Shown: piece by piece, positions 47,034 to 55,867 of the stretch
Layout of the letters: each line of letters opens with the position of its first letter
Position numbering within the stretch: the stretch's first letter is position 1
Source of the DNA: a virus
IMG/VR virus record: IMGVR_UViG_3300023109_000011
Coordinates: 34,113-98,112 of that record
Length of the DNA stretch: 64,000 nt
Direction: 5' to 3' (one strand)
Position numbers and translations under genes: made by a program
The notes under the pieces: model-generated
Database searches by the model: none
What the model saw: the letters and a program-made list of their open reading frames with translations, nothing else
What the model was told of the DNA's origin: nothing

Positions 47034-48662
47034 TTAAAGTTCCAGTACAAACTTAAATTCTTCTCTAGAAAGGTCCGTTCTCGCAAGTGGGAAAAAGTTT
47101 TCCATGAAGTACACTTCGCCTGAGCGTTGTTGGTAGTTCGACATCACGATGTTGTCTTCTACTGGACTATTTATAGTAATTGTTTGACCTGTTATATTTC
47201 TAAGCGGTAAAGTAAGATCTAATGAAGTGTCACCGTCTCCTGTTGCTGGATTGTTAGGATAAGGTCCCATGTATTCAGCTAAATAGAAGGTATTATTATC
47301 TTCATCAACCTCGTGTACTACTCCTGAGAATGTTACTATATTACCACTACTTAGTTGTGTTAACACTGTATTTGCAGATACCTTATCTATATCATCAGTT
47401 GTAATTGCAATACGGTTATCAAAAATAACTGGAGTGGTATCATGAAAAGTTGGTTCTTTTACAATTCCTACCCCTGTGTAAGTATTGCTATCACCAATTT
47501 GTGTATTATCATCTGCTGTAATATAAGCATAAAGCATAAAGTGCTTACATTTAAATTCGTCAATAAAGTTATATCCGTGGCCGCCATCAGGTGTTAGCCT
47601 AGCTCGTAAAATACAACGAACTTCATCACTTCCAGATTGCCCTGGTCTAAAGTCAACTCGAGGATCTGTAACAGTAATTGTAATATTATGATAGCCGGTG
47701 CCTGGCTCAATTAATTGAATGCTTCGAATTTGGCTATCGACAATATTAGGTATTCCAATAGCACCTGTACCATCACCTTCAATCTTAACTTCTGGTAAGA
47801 TTTTCCAAGAAGCGTTTTGAGTAACACCAGCTGCAACTGGATTTGCTGCACCTGTAATTAACTCACCACCAACTCGTATCTGAGCATTACCTGTATTCTT
47901 ATTATAGAAGTAATAAGTGATTTTAAATATTCTTGTTGTTACACCATCAGGATTCGTTGTTATTAGATATTGCCCAGTATAATAATTTGTTGTTGGACTT
48001 ACTACAGTTGAAGGATCAACAATAATAATACCAGTCGAATATGGACTACCTACTAAAGCACCACGCTCTTCTTTATATCCAAAGTTATCATTAGGATTAA
48101 CAACTAATATGTCAGAGACTTGGCTACCTGTACTCGTAGGAGGATCGATAACATAATCGTCAACTAATGGAATATAACCAACAGCGTTGTATGCTTCGAA
48201 TTGAAGGTCGGTAAGCTTATACATAAACTTCCAAACATACCCATCAGCTGTTTCATATATTTGATTAGGAGTTGTTTCAGCCCAGTTAGGTGGGTTTGAA
48301 ACCTCAGTTCGATCGTTATTGTTTAAGCATTTATAAACTCGATAGTCTCCAGTGTCATTATCGTTTGGACCGACAACGGCATAGAACTTAACACCGGTAA
48401 GATCAACTTGGTCGTCATACTCTTCGAATACTAATCCTTTCTGCCAAGGATAATACTTAATCATGTAATGCATATCGTTAGACGATATTTTCTTAGCAAA
48501 CAGTGTTTTCTCTAAAAATTCATTTTTTGAAAATAAAGAATCCGAAGGATCGAACGGGCCGATTGACGACACAAAAAGATAGTAATCTTCGCTTGCTCTT
48601 GATTGTTCAAGGAAGAGTCTATTCAAGTCACTTTTTAGATTGGTGCTTAGAATCTCTGGCAT
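47034..48662 (-). CDS. gp8: Baseplate wedge subunit gp8-like
   Basis: YRVYKCLNNN...P...ETADGYVWKFMY and C-terminal SGEVYFMEN...R....EEFKFVLEL. Confidence 0.85.
   Translation of the reverse strand: MPEILSTNLKSDLNRLFLEQSRASEDYYLFVSSIGPFDPSDSLFSKNEFLEKTLFAKKISSNDMHYMIKYYPWQKGLVFEEYDDQVDLTGVKFYAVVGPNDNDTGDYRVYKCLNNNDRTEVSNPPNWAETTPNQIYETADGYVWKFMYKLTDLQFEAYNAVGYIPLVDDYVIDPPTSTGSQVSDILVVNPNDNFGYKEERGALVGSPYSTGIIIVDPSTVVSPTTNYYTGQYLITTNPDGVTTRIFKITYYFYNKNTGNAQIRVGGELITGAANPVAAGVTQNASWKILPEVKIEGDGTGAIGIPNIVDSQIRSIQLIEPGTGYHNITITVTDPRVDFRPGQSGSDEVRCILRARLTPDGGHGYNFIDEFKCKHFMLYAYITADDNTQIGDSNTYTGVGIVKEPTFHDTTPVIFDNRIAITTDDIDKVSANTVLTQLSSGNIVTFSGVVHEVDEDNNTFYLAEYMGPYPNNPATGDGDTSLDLTLPLRNITGQTITINSPVEDNIVMSNYQQRSGEVYFMENFFPLARTDLSREEFKFVLEL
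47168..47175 (-). promoter_or_regulatory. T4 late promoter TATAAATA inside the 3' end of gp8
   Basis: Exact consensus about 150 bp upstream of the VrlC-like start. Confidence 0.55.
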
Positions 48663-48693
48663 GATTGCCCCGTTGTTCGATGCTGGTTTACTT

Positions 48694-48701
48694 TATTTAT
48701 T
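48694..48701 (-). promoter_or_regulatory. T4-type late promoter variant AATAAATA
   Basis: Intergenic, about 32 bp upstream of the gp8 ATG. Confidence 0.6.
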
Positions 48702-48709
48702 ATCATCCT

Positions 48710-51151
48710 CTATACCTCAATTGTCTTCTTTCTTCTAGGAAATACATTTCCACTCGCAGGCCTTTCTTTATGTCGAGGTGCAAATGCTGCGCCATGATTC
48801 ATGTACTTTCCCGGTGAATTACGAACAGCCCACGGAACATTAATCATTTGAGTAGTATTCCCGTGTAAATCAGTAATGTCACTGCCGCCGTTTTTAAAAT
48901 CGTTTGCGTAAATGCTATAAACATCTGAGCTGGCCCCATCTAGGTACTGGACAACTTTTTCACCGGCCGACCCTTGTGTAGTATCGGTTTTTGTGTTATA
49001 TGCAGTTATGATCCAATTGGTGCTTGAGAAGTCAACGCCCCGTACAATATTTTTGCTATCATTTTGTATTTGCTCTTTAAGTTGAGCTATGCTTGGATAT
49101 GTTCCGCGCTTCAAGTAAAAGTCATCTATCATTAAGGCTGCAGCCCCAGCAGCCCTAGGTCCTGCACAACTCGTTCCACCAAATCCTGACCATGTATAAC
49201 CATTTTGATCAGTAGTTTGCATTGAGCCAACTGGGTAACTACTAAATGTGTTAGACCCCGGAGCTGCAATGTCTATGCCCGGTCCTCTATCACTAAAACC
49301 ATCTAAATAAGGATACAACCGGGATGTAGTCGCCGCTGCAACTGTGATCTCGTTTGAATAGCATCCTCTAAAAGAGCGGTTAGGATAAAATTGTTCATAA
49401 CCAGAACCGAGCGGGCCTTCTCCTTCATTAACAGCAGTTAAATTAGCTAAAGTATATCGGCTAGATGAAATACCTATTGATATGTAACTTTCCCCTGCAG
49501 CTACACTTAACTGGTTATGCCAATGCTGATGTTCTGGACCTACCTCACCTGCTATTGCATAATTGCCAGCACTTTGAAAATAATATATTCCGCCGACAGT
49601 ATCGTAGTTATCTAAGATAGTGTCAAATGCTGTATCTCGAAGGTCACGGTTATATGGTATCGTCCACTTAGCTGTACTGTCAGAAGGATCTACTATTAAA
49701 CGAGGAGCGATATTAGCATTTGCAAAAGGTCTTAAATCACCTTCCCAGCTAGTTGAACTCCACGAAGTGGCTACTATCGCACCTATCATTCCAGAGTGTA
49801 ATGTACACCTATACTTAAGAAGAGTTGAGGTGTTTGCAGGCACTGTAATAGTAACCGTAGCAGTTCCTTGACCTGTAATCCACGAGTCAGTCCTTACTTC
49901 TAAGGTCGAGTGGTCAATAATTTCGATAGGATGAGAACCTACACTACTTGCGTCTAAAACAACCGTGTCACCGGCTTTTAAAACTAGCGTGGGATTATCT
50001 TGACTAGCTAAAACGCTGCCAGTTGGTCGGTAAGTACCTCGGTCATATCCTTCAAAACGATAAGCACTTGATCCGTTAGCAGTCACTTTATAGTTAAATG
50101 TTGCTAGTTGTGGATCACCTCGGTTAATTGTTATAGGCGAGTCAATGGGATTTCCCAGCGAATTGTTTGGCCCATCAGGATAATACGTTATAGCTTTAAC
50201 TTTATCTACTGGGATACCACCATTCATCCCATCAGTTGTATAAATCCAAGCTCCAGTTACAACAGTTGCATTACGTATACCAGTGTTAGGATTAACAGGT
50301 TTACTTTGATGCCACGCTAATACTGCATTCATTGCTTCAGCAACACCGTCGCCCAAATATACGACTCTTAAAGATGCGTTAAAAGCCCAACCAGAGGCTT
50401 TACCACCTGTAGCACTTAATACACCAATCGCGTGAGCGCTAAAATATTCAGATCCGTTATCAACTTGGTTAAAGCTCACTAAGTTAGGTTCGTAGTCTTC
50501 CCAGTTCATTGGAACAAACCTTGATGTACCCGAGTTAGCTCCCAATCCGCAAAAGTCTACATGTGGACTATTGTGCCAGCTATCATAAGAGGTTGTTGGT
50601 GATCCTGCTTCAACAGCAACAATATCTACATATTCACCTGCGTAGTTTTGTATTACTTGACCGTCGAAAAAAGGGTCTTCAGTCGTCGAATTAATCGGTA
50701 AGCTTCGTGAGACTCCTTCTGCATTAGAGTGATATCCGTAACCAGTCGAGCCGGAAAGGATAAAATTTGATGTTTCATTTGCTGTAGGGGTTGCTCCGCC
50801 AGTATACAATAATGCCATTGGAGAATAATCTAAACCATCCGCAACCCCGAGACCAGCGTTATCCCAATCATTAGCAACTAATCTTTGTGGAGTAGTTCCA
50901 TCTCCTCTTTCATAATTAGGTGACCCGATTGTATTATAAGAAGCGTCTTCAACTTGTAATTCTGGTACTACATCTCGGACCTTTTCACTTGCTTTAAGCG
51001 TAGCAACCTCTTCGTCTGTTAGCATCATTGAAATCAAACTATCTAATAAACTTAGATTAGATTTGACCTGCATTCCTGCAGCTTCATTTGCTAGAAACTC
51101 TGGTTCGTTAGTTCCTTTTACGAGAACAACTGTATGCTTATGCTTTTCCAT
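48710..51151 (-). CDS. Subtilisin-like (S8) serine protease with prodomain and inserted cupredoxin-like domain
   Basis: I9-like prodomain (MLTDEEVATLKASEKVRDV); VDIVAVEAG; HAIGVLSATGG; oxyanion SAGN; FSDRGPGIDIAAPG; FGGTSCAGPRAAGAAAL; insert SHPI...YRCTLHSGMIG. Confidence 0.85.
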   Translation of the reverse strand: MEKHKHTVVLVKGTNEPEFLANEAAGMQVKSNLSLLDSLISMMLTDEEVATLKASEKVRDVVPELQVEDASYNTIGSPNYERGDGTTPQRLVANDWDNAGLGVADGLDYSPMALLYTGGATPTANETSNFILSGSTGYGYHSNAEGVSRSLPINSTTEDPFFDGQVIQNYAGEYVDIVAVEAGSPTTSYDSWHNSPHVDFCGLGANSGTSRFVPMNWEDYEPNLVSFNQVDNGSEYFSAHAIGVLSATGGKASGWAFNASLRVVYLGDGVAEAMNAVLAWHQSKPVNPNTGIRNATVVTGAWIYTTDGMNGGIPVDKVKAITYYPDGPNNSLGNPIDSPITINRGDPQLATFNYKVTANGSSAYRFEGYDRGTYRPTGSVLASQDNPTLVLKAGDTVVLDASSVGSHPIEIIDHSTLEVRTDSWITGQGTATVTITVPANTSTLLKYRCTLHSGMIGAIVATSWSSTSWEGDLRPFANANIAPRLIVDPSDSTAKWTIPYNRDLRDTAFDTILDNYDTVGGIYYFQSAGNYAIAGEVGPEHQHWHNQLSVAAGESYISIGISSSRYTLANLTAVNEGEGPLGSGYEQFYPNRSFRGCYSNEITVAAATTSRLYPYLDGFSDRGPGIDIAAPGSNTFSSYPVGSMQTTDQNGYTWSGFGGTSCAGPRAAGAAALMIDDFYLKRGTYPSIAQLKEQIQNDSKNIVRGVDFSSTNWIITAYNTKTDTTQGSAGEKVVQYLDGASSDVYSIYANDFKNGGSDITDLHGNTTQMINVPWAVRNSPGKYMNHGAAFAPRHKERPASGNVFPRRKKTIEV

Positions 51152-51152
51152 A

Positions 51153-52922
51153 TTAGCTCTCTAATACTAACCCTGTTAAGGATACGGTAATTGTTGCAGT
51201 TCCTGAGTCTATGTTTGTAACAGTAACCGGAACAGTTGTTTCTGAATCATCAACATATCCGTAAATTGCCGGAGTTACTTTAAACTCAGTTGTTCCTGAT
51301 TGAGTCGCAATAAACTCGGCAATAACGCCTCCACCTTCTGGTGGATCTTCACCTTGAGTTCGAGAAGCATCGGCTGTTCGAGATGCTGTATCACTATAGA
51401 TACGAACCCAGCAAGGTGCATCTACTTGGCATGTATACAAGGCATACGAAATACCTAAGTTTGCGAATGATAAGTTAGTACTCGATCCAGCGTTGAGGCT
51501 AGTTGCTTGTTCGGATTCGGTAGCTCGAGATAGTGAACCACCTCCGCCGCCGCCGCTGTTACCGGCCGCAGGTTCAATTACAATAGTACCAACCATACTC
51601 GAGTGTGCTTGACATATGTACCTATAGTTACCAGAAATACCTGCTGGAATTTTCCAGAATAAAGCGCCACCTATTCCTGCGTTTGCAGCTGAACCTTCGT
51701 AATAGACTCCTAAATCAAGTGCAACTAGTCCTTCATTATAATCTGCACCTGCCGCAGTTTGAATTACGAATGGGTGTACAGCACCACCTGCACCAGTTAA
51801 ATCAAATCCAACTGTCGTTCCTGCTTTTACATAAATTGTTGGGTTATCAGCTGTACCATATTGGTCAAAACGATATGAAGAAGAACCATTATTAGTAACC
51901 TTTAATACAGTGGTAGCATTTAAGAAACTGTTTTCAAATAATGCTTTATCTGAAACACCGGCAGGCTGTTCACTAATGTTTAAATAAGTTGGAGTGAACG
52001 TTACGTTTCTCCAAGTCCCATCACTACCGAAGTATTTTAAAATATCATCAGATTGTGGATTTGTAATTGTGGTATCAGTAATATCAGCCATAGCAGTTGA
52101 ACCACCGCCACCTGATAATGCGGCCCATGCAAAATCTGAACCATCCCACTGTAATACTTGGTTTGCACTTGCACTACTTACGTTTAGGTGAGCACTTACT
52201 GCGTTATCATTATATGCACCACCACCACTTTGTGAAATCCAAGAATAGTCAGTACCGTTCCAACTTAATATATCGTTTTCGCTAGCGCCACTTACATTGA
52301 TATGAGCATCAACATCGCTATCAGCATAAGATCCACCGCCACCAGAGATATCATCGAATACCAAACCATCAGCATTACTGTTAACAACCAATGCTTGGCC
52401 GGCCGTGCCAAACGAACTTGGTGTATCAGATAAACCGATTATAGTGCTTGAACCACCGCCACCACTTTGAGCTACCCAAGTATATGTACCATCTGCATTT
52501 GATTTAAGTACATAATCAACGGTTTCACTATTAGTAATATTGGTTGAGTAAACGATGTTGTTTAAAGGATCGGAATAGTTTGTTACTGCACCAGCTGAAG
52601 TGTCTGTTAACACTTTACGCCATTCACCGTGAGCGTAATACAATGCGCCTGTATCGTGAGCATGCCCAATAGATCCGTGATAAGTACTTGGGCTTAGAGC
52701 AAGTAATGATTCTTCTGTATCGTGCAAGAATGAAATTTTATGAGGTTTTCCAACAAGATCGAATGCTCCATTTTGATCGAAAAGAACTTCTGCATTTGTA
52801 GAACTACCTAATGCGAAATATAATTCCGTGAAGTTATCGTTTGCTTTATCGAATGCATTCCTTAACGGATCACCTGTTCCGTCGTTCGCTGATGCACCGA
52901 TATTAATTATCTGCTTGGCCAT
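51153..52922 (-). CDS. Baseplate-anchored fibre (gp9/gp10-type N-terminus) with cupredoxin-like domain
   Basis: MAKQIINIGASANDGTGDPLRNAFDKANDNFTELY; L.W.G..W repeats separated by GGG linkers; VHPFVI...YICQAHSSMVGTI. Confidence 0.8.
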   Translation of the reverse strand: MAKQIINIGASANDGTGDPLRNAFDKANDNFTELYFALGSSTNAEVLFDQNGAFDLVGKPHKISFLHDTEESLLALSPSTYHGSIGHAHDTGALYYAHGEWRKVLTDTSAGAVTNYSDPLNNIVYSTNITNSETVDYVLKSNADGTYTWVAQSGGGGSSTIIGLSDTPSSFGTAGQALVVNSNADGLVFDDISGGGGSYADSDVDAHINVSGASENDILSWNGTDYSWISQSGGGAYNDNAVSAHLNVSSASANQVLQWDGSDFAWAALSGGGGSTAMADITDTTITNPQSDDILKYFGSDGTWRNVTFTPTYLNISEQPAGVSDKALFENSFLNATTVLKVTNNGSSSYRFDQYGTADNPTIYVKAGTTVGFDLTGAGGAVHPFVIQTAAGADYNEGLVALDLGVYYEGSAANAGIGGALFWKIPAGISGNYRYICQAHSSMVGTIVIEPAAGNSGGGGGGSLSRATESEQATSLNAGSSTNLSFANLGISYALYTCQVDAPCWVRIYSDTASRTADASRTQGEDPPEGGGVIAEFIATQSGTTEFKVTPAIYGYVDDSETTVPVTVTNIDSGTATITVSLTGLVLES

Positions 52923-52954
52923 AGCATTTTTTTCCTAGAGTTTGGTTAACTAAA

Positions 52955-52962
52955 TATTTATT
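52955..52962 (-). promoter_or_regulatory. T4-type late promoter variant AATAAATA
   Basis: About 33 bp upstream of ATG 52922; overlaps the palindrome taaatattta. Confidence 0.6.
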
Positions 52963-55852
52963 AACTAGTTGGTTCGTGGTCAACTGTAATGAAAGAACTA
53001 TCAACAGTAAAGTTCGTTACCGATGCTTCAAGGCTGTCAGTATTCGCTGTGTCTAATGGCGAACCTCTTCCGTCGTCATTGAATCGTCGGAAGAATCGAG
53101 TTCTTGCATTATTCGGTACTTCAACCTTATAAACAAAGTCACCGAATAGTTTTGTTCCTGCTAAGTGTACATTTTCTTTAAGTGTACTTTCATACATACT
53201 TAATGGCAGTGTTGACTTGATTAAGTAAGAATAGTCTTGATAGAAATCGCTATCTTGAATACGTACACCAGCATTAAAGTATTTAAACTGCGTAACATAT
53301 TCGTATAACTCAGGACTCAAATCATAAAAGCCCTGTTGCTTCATGCTAGGTGCAACAATATTATTCCATCTATTTAATTGCTCAACCGTACCTCCGCCAG
53401 CAACGATCCGCTCATAAATTGTAACATCATCAGGAGTAATTGTACCATCTTGATCTGCATCTAAATAAGGAAATCCGTCTGAACTTATAGTTGCTCCCCA
53501 GTTCGCGAAGTCTTCATCCCAGAGATACTGAGTTTGATATGGAATCCATAGAACATCTTCTTGACCTGCATACCAAGTCTGACTCTTTAAGTTAGGTGCA
53601 ACAATTTCATTCCATCTTTGAGTAACTGCTTCAGCAGCTGTACCAGAAGCAAGAAGCTGGAATTGTATTAATCCAGGACCATTTAGCGGAAATCCTTGCT
53701 TAGTCATATCATATATTGCGTACCCATCAGAAGCAGTGCTTTCCATCCATGCTGCCCATTGAGGCGCTAGATCTGGGAATATGTTTACGGGATTATTACC
53801 AAAGATAATTTGAAATCCACCAATATTCCATACATTACCAATAGGAAGAATTGTTGTCTCACCAACAATAGCAGCTTGCGTTTGTTCTACAAAATCCGAT
53901 GTAGGTAAAATAGGATTTTCTATCGTAATTTGTTGTTGTTCGTATCCATTTAGATGTGAAGTAAAATCTGCCCAGTAACCTTCTGTAAAACCTTGTGTGT
54001 TTTGTTCAATAATACCGTAAGCCTTACGGTTACCGTCTTCATCTTGTAATTCACCTACAGTATTTGCGACATATCCAAAGCCGGAGTTAATAATCTCGAC
54101 TTTACTAATTTGTCCAATAGCAAACTCTGTTTCAGTTTCTACGATTGCGTTATCACCATAGTCTTTGCTTTCATAATCTGTTTGAACTGCATCAACACTG
54201 AAACGATCTCCGTTTGCTTTTTGAACATCATTAACACCATCAAACCCGTAATAAGCAAATGGTGTAATACTAATTGTTCCCTTCGTAGTATCAATTGCAT
54301 TTACTTCAGCACTCTTTCCAGTAGAGTTTTCCGTAATCAATTCACCAATACTAAATACACCTGCATCAGCCGGTGTTTCAAACCGTATTATTTGTCCTTT
54401 ACGTCCAAGATTCTTAATCACCTGATCTTGAGCCCGAGCAAAAACCTGTGTAGTATAATTCTCACCTGAAGCAATATTACGGAATAGTTCGATACGACCA
54501 ATTGTAATTGGTGTTAAGTCAAATGCATCTTCAAGCGGAGTAGTAATCGTTACCGGACTTGCAGTACCTGACATTGGAGTAACTGCCCCATAATCAGCAG
54601 CATCGAGAGTTGTTGTAAGATAAGGCTGGATTGGATCGGTAATAACTGATATTGAAACTGTGTTTTTAATGTCAGCAATAACACTCGTACCTAAACCGTC
54701 GTCAGCATATTGTGTTCCTGGCGAGCTGACATTGTAAGGTGTAACTAAGTCAATATCAATTGGATTGCTTGGGTCCCTGTCTATTGCAAATATGTTTCGA
54801 GTATTTTCGAATGCAATAGGGAAACCACCGCGAATAGTTACGATGTTCGTTACATATATTCCTACGGCGTTTTCTGTTTGACCTAATACTATACCTTCGT
54901 TGTTCTGAGTATCTCTTACTCGTTCGTATAATACAAATTCTAAGCCGGGATTATCGAGAATAAATGTTTGTTGTGAAACTAAAAGTTTCGTATTTTCAAC
55001 ACTGTATCCATAACCGCCATAAATGAGTTCGTAACTAATCTCTCCTGAAGTACTATCTGAAAGACCTTTAACAACTGCTTTACCACCGCGACCTTGATCT
55101 GATACAACATTTAAAATATCACCAACGCGATTGTTTGTTGCCCGATCTTTATTAGTGTCAACTTCAAAAGCATTTAATGATCCATTGACTCGACCAAAGT
55201 CAACAAGCTCGCCATCGATACTTGAAAGAACGTCATCATCCTTTTGGAAGTTACCTTGAACTGCATCAATGTAAATAATAGGAGTGCGCGTACCTTCGAT
55301 TAAAATAAAGTTAATGCGGCTTACAGCTGCCTTAGCACCGGAAACTGATCCTTGAATATTTTTTGAAATTAAATCTGCGTAGGTATATTTTTTACCGAGC
55401 GACGATACAAAGGAATTATTATTAGAATATAGCTGAAGATAAACACCACGCTTCCATTTTGAATTCGATATCTTTAACATCTTTTCTGCAGGATACGTAA
55501 TATCAATCTCGTACTCATTATAGAATATCGAGAAGAACGTTTCAATACCTGCAGGTGTACCTTTTCGACGATAAAGATCTAAAATATTTTTTACTAGAAA
55601 TGGTACACTGTTTTCTTTGAACGGTAAATCGGCTAGGAACTTTTTGTGGAAAAATACGAGTAATTCTTTAACAGTAGAGTCTACATCTTTATAATCAAAC
55701 AACCTTCGATTAACGTGGTGACTTTGATTTGTAGCTTCCTCTAGAAACTTATAATAATATCTAGTCAGCGCAACGAGTTCTGGACCATCTTGTTTATAGA
55801 TATCCGGAAATTGTTGATCGATGAAAAACGATATATTCTTTTCTATTTCCAT
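52961..55852 (-). CDS. gp7: Baseplate wedge protein, gp7-like
   Basis: IDQQFPDIY.....LVAL..YYYKFLE; KNILDLYRRKGT; RIQDSDFYQDYSYLIKS; VHLAGTKLFG. Lies directly after gp6. Confidence 0.75.
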   Translation of the reverse strand: MEIEKNISFFIDQQFPDIYKQDGPELVALTRYYYKFLEEATNQSHHVNRRLFDYKDVDSTVKELLVFFHKKFLADLPFKENSVPFLVKNILDLYRRKGTPAGIETFFSIFYNEYEIDITYPAEKMLKISNSKWKRGVYLQLYSNNNSFVSSLGKKYTYADLISKNIQGSVSGAKAAVSRINFILIEGTRTPIIYIDAVQGNFQKDDDVLSSIDGELVDFGRVNGSLNAFEVDTNKDRATNNRVGDILNVVSDQGRGGKAVVKGLSDSTSGEISYELIYGGYGYSVENTKLLVSQQTFILDNPGLEFVLYERVRDTQNNEGIVLGQTENAVGIYVTNIVTIRGGFPIAFENTRNIFAIDRDPSNPIDIDLVTPYNVSSPGTQYADDGLGTSVIADIKNTVSISVITDPIQPYLTTTLDAADYGAVTPMSGTASPVTITTPLEDAFDLTPITIGRIELFRNIASGENYTTQVFARAQDQVIKNLGRKGQIIRFETPADAGVFSIGELITENSTGKSAEVNAIDTTKGTISITPFAYYGFDGVNDVQKANGDRFSVDAVQTDYESKDYGDNAIVETETEFAIGQISKVEIINSGFGYVANTVGELQDEDGNRKAYGIIEQNTQGFTEGYWADFTSHLNGYEQQQITIENPILPTSDFVEQTQAAIVGETTILPIGNVWNIGGFQIIFGNNPVNIFPDLAPQWAAWMESTASDGYAIYDMTKQGFPLNGPGLIQFQLLASGTAAEAVTQRWNEIVAPNLKSQTWYAGQEDVLWIPYQTQYLWDEDFANWGATISSDGFPYLDADQDGTITPDDVTIYERIVAGGGTVEQLNRWNNIVAPSMKQQGFYDLSPELYEYVTQFKYFNAGVRIQDSDFYQDYSYLIKSTLPLSMYESTLKENVHLAGTKLFGDFVYKVEVPNNARTRFFRRFNDDGRGSPLDTANTDSLEASVTNFTVDSSFITVDHEPTS

Positions 55853-55867
55853 TAGGAATTATCTCTC

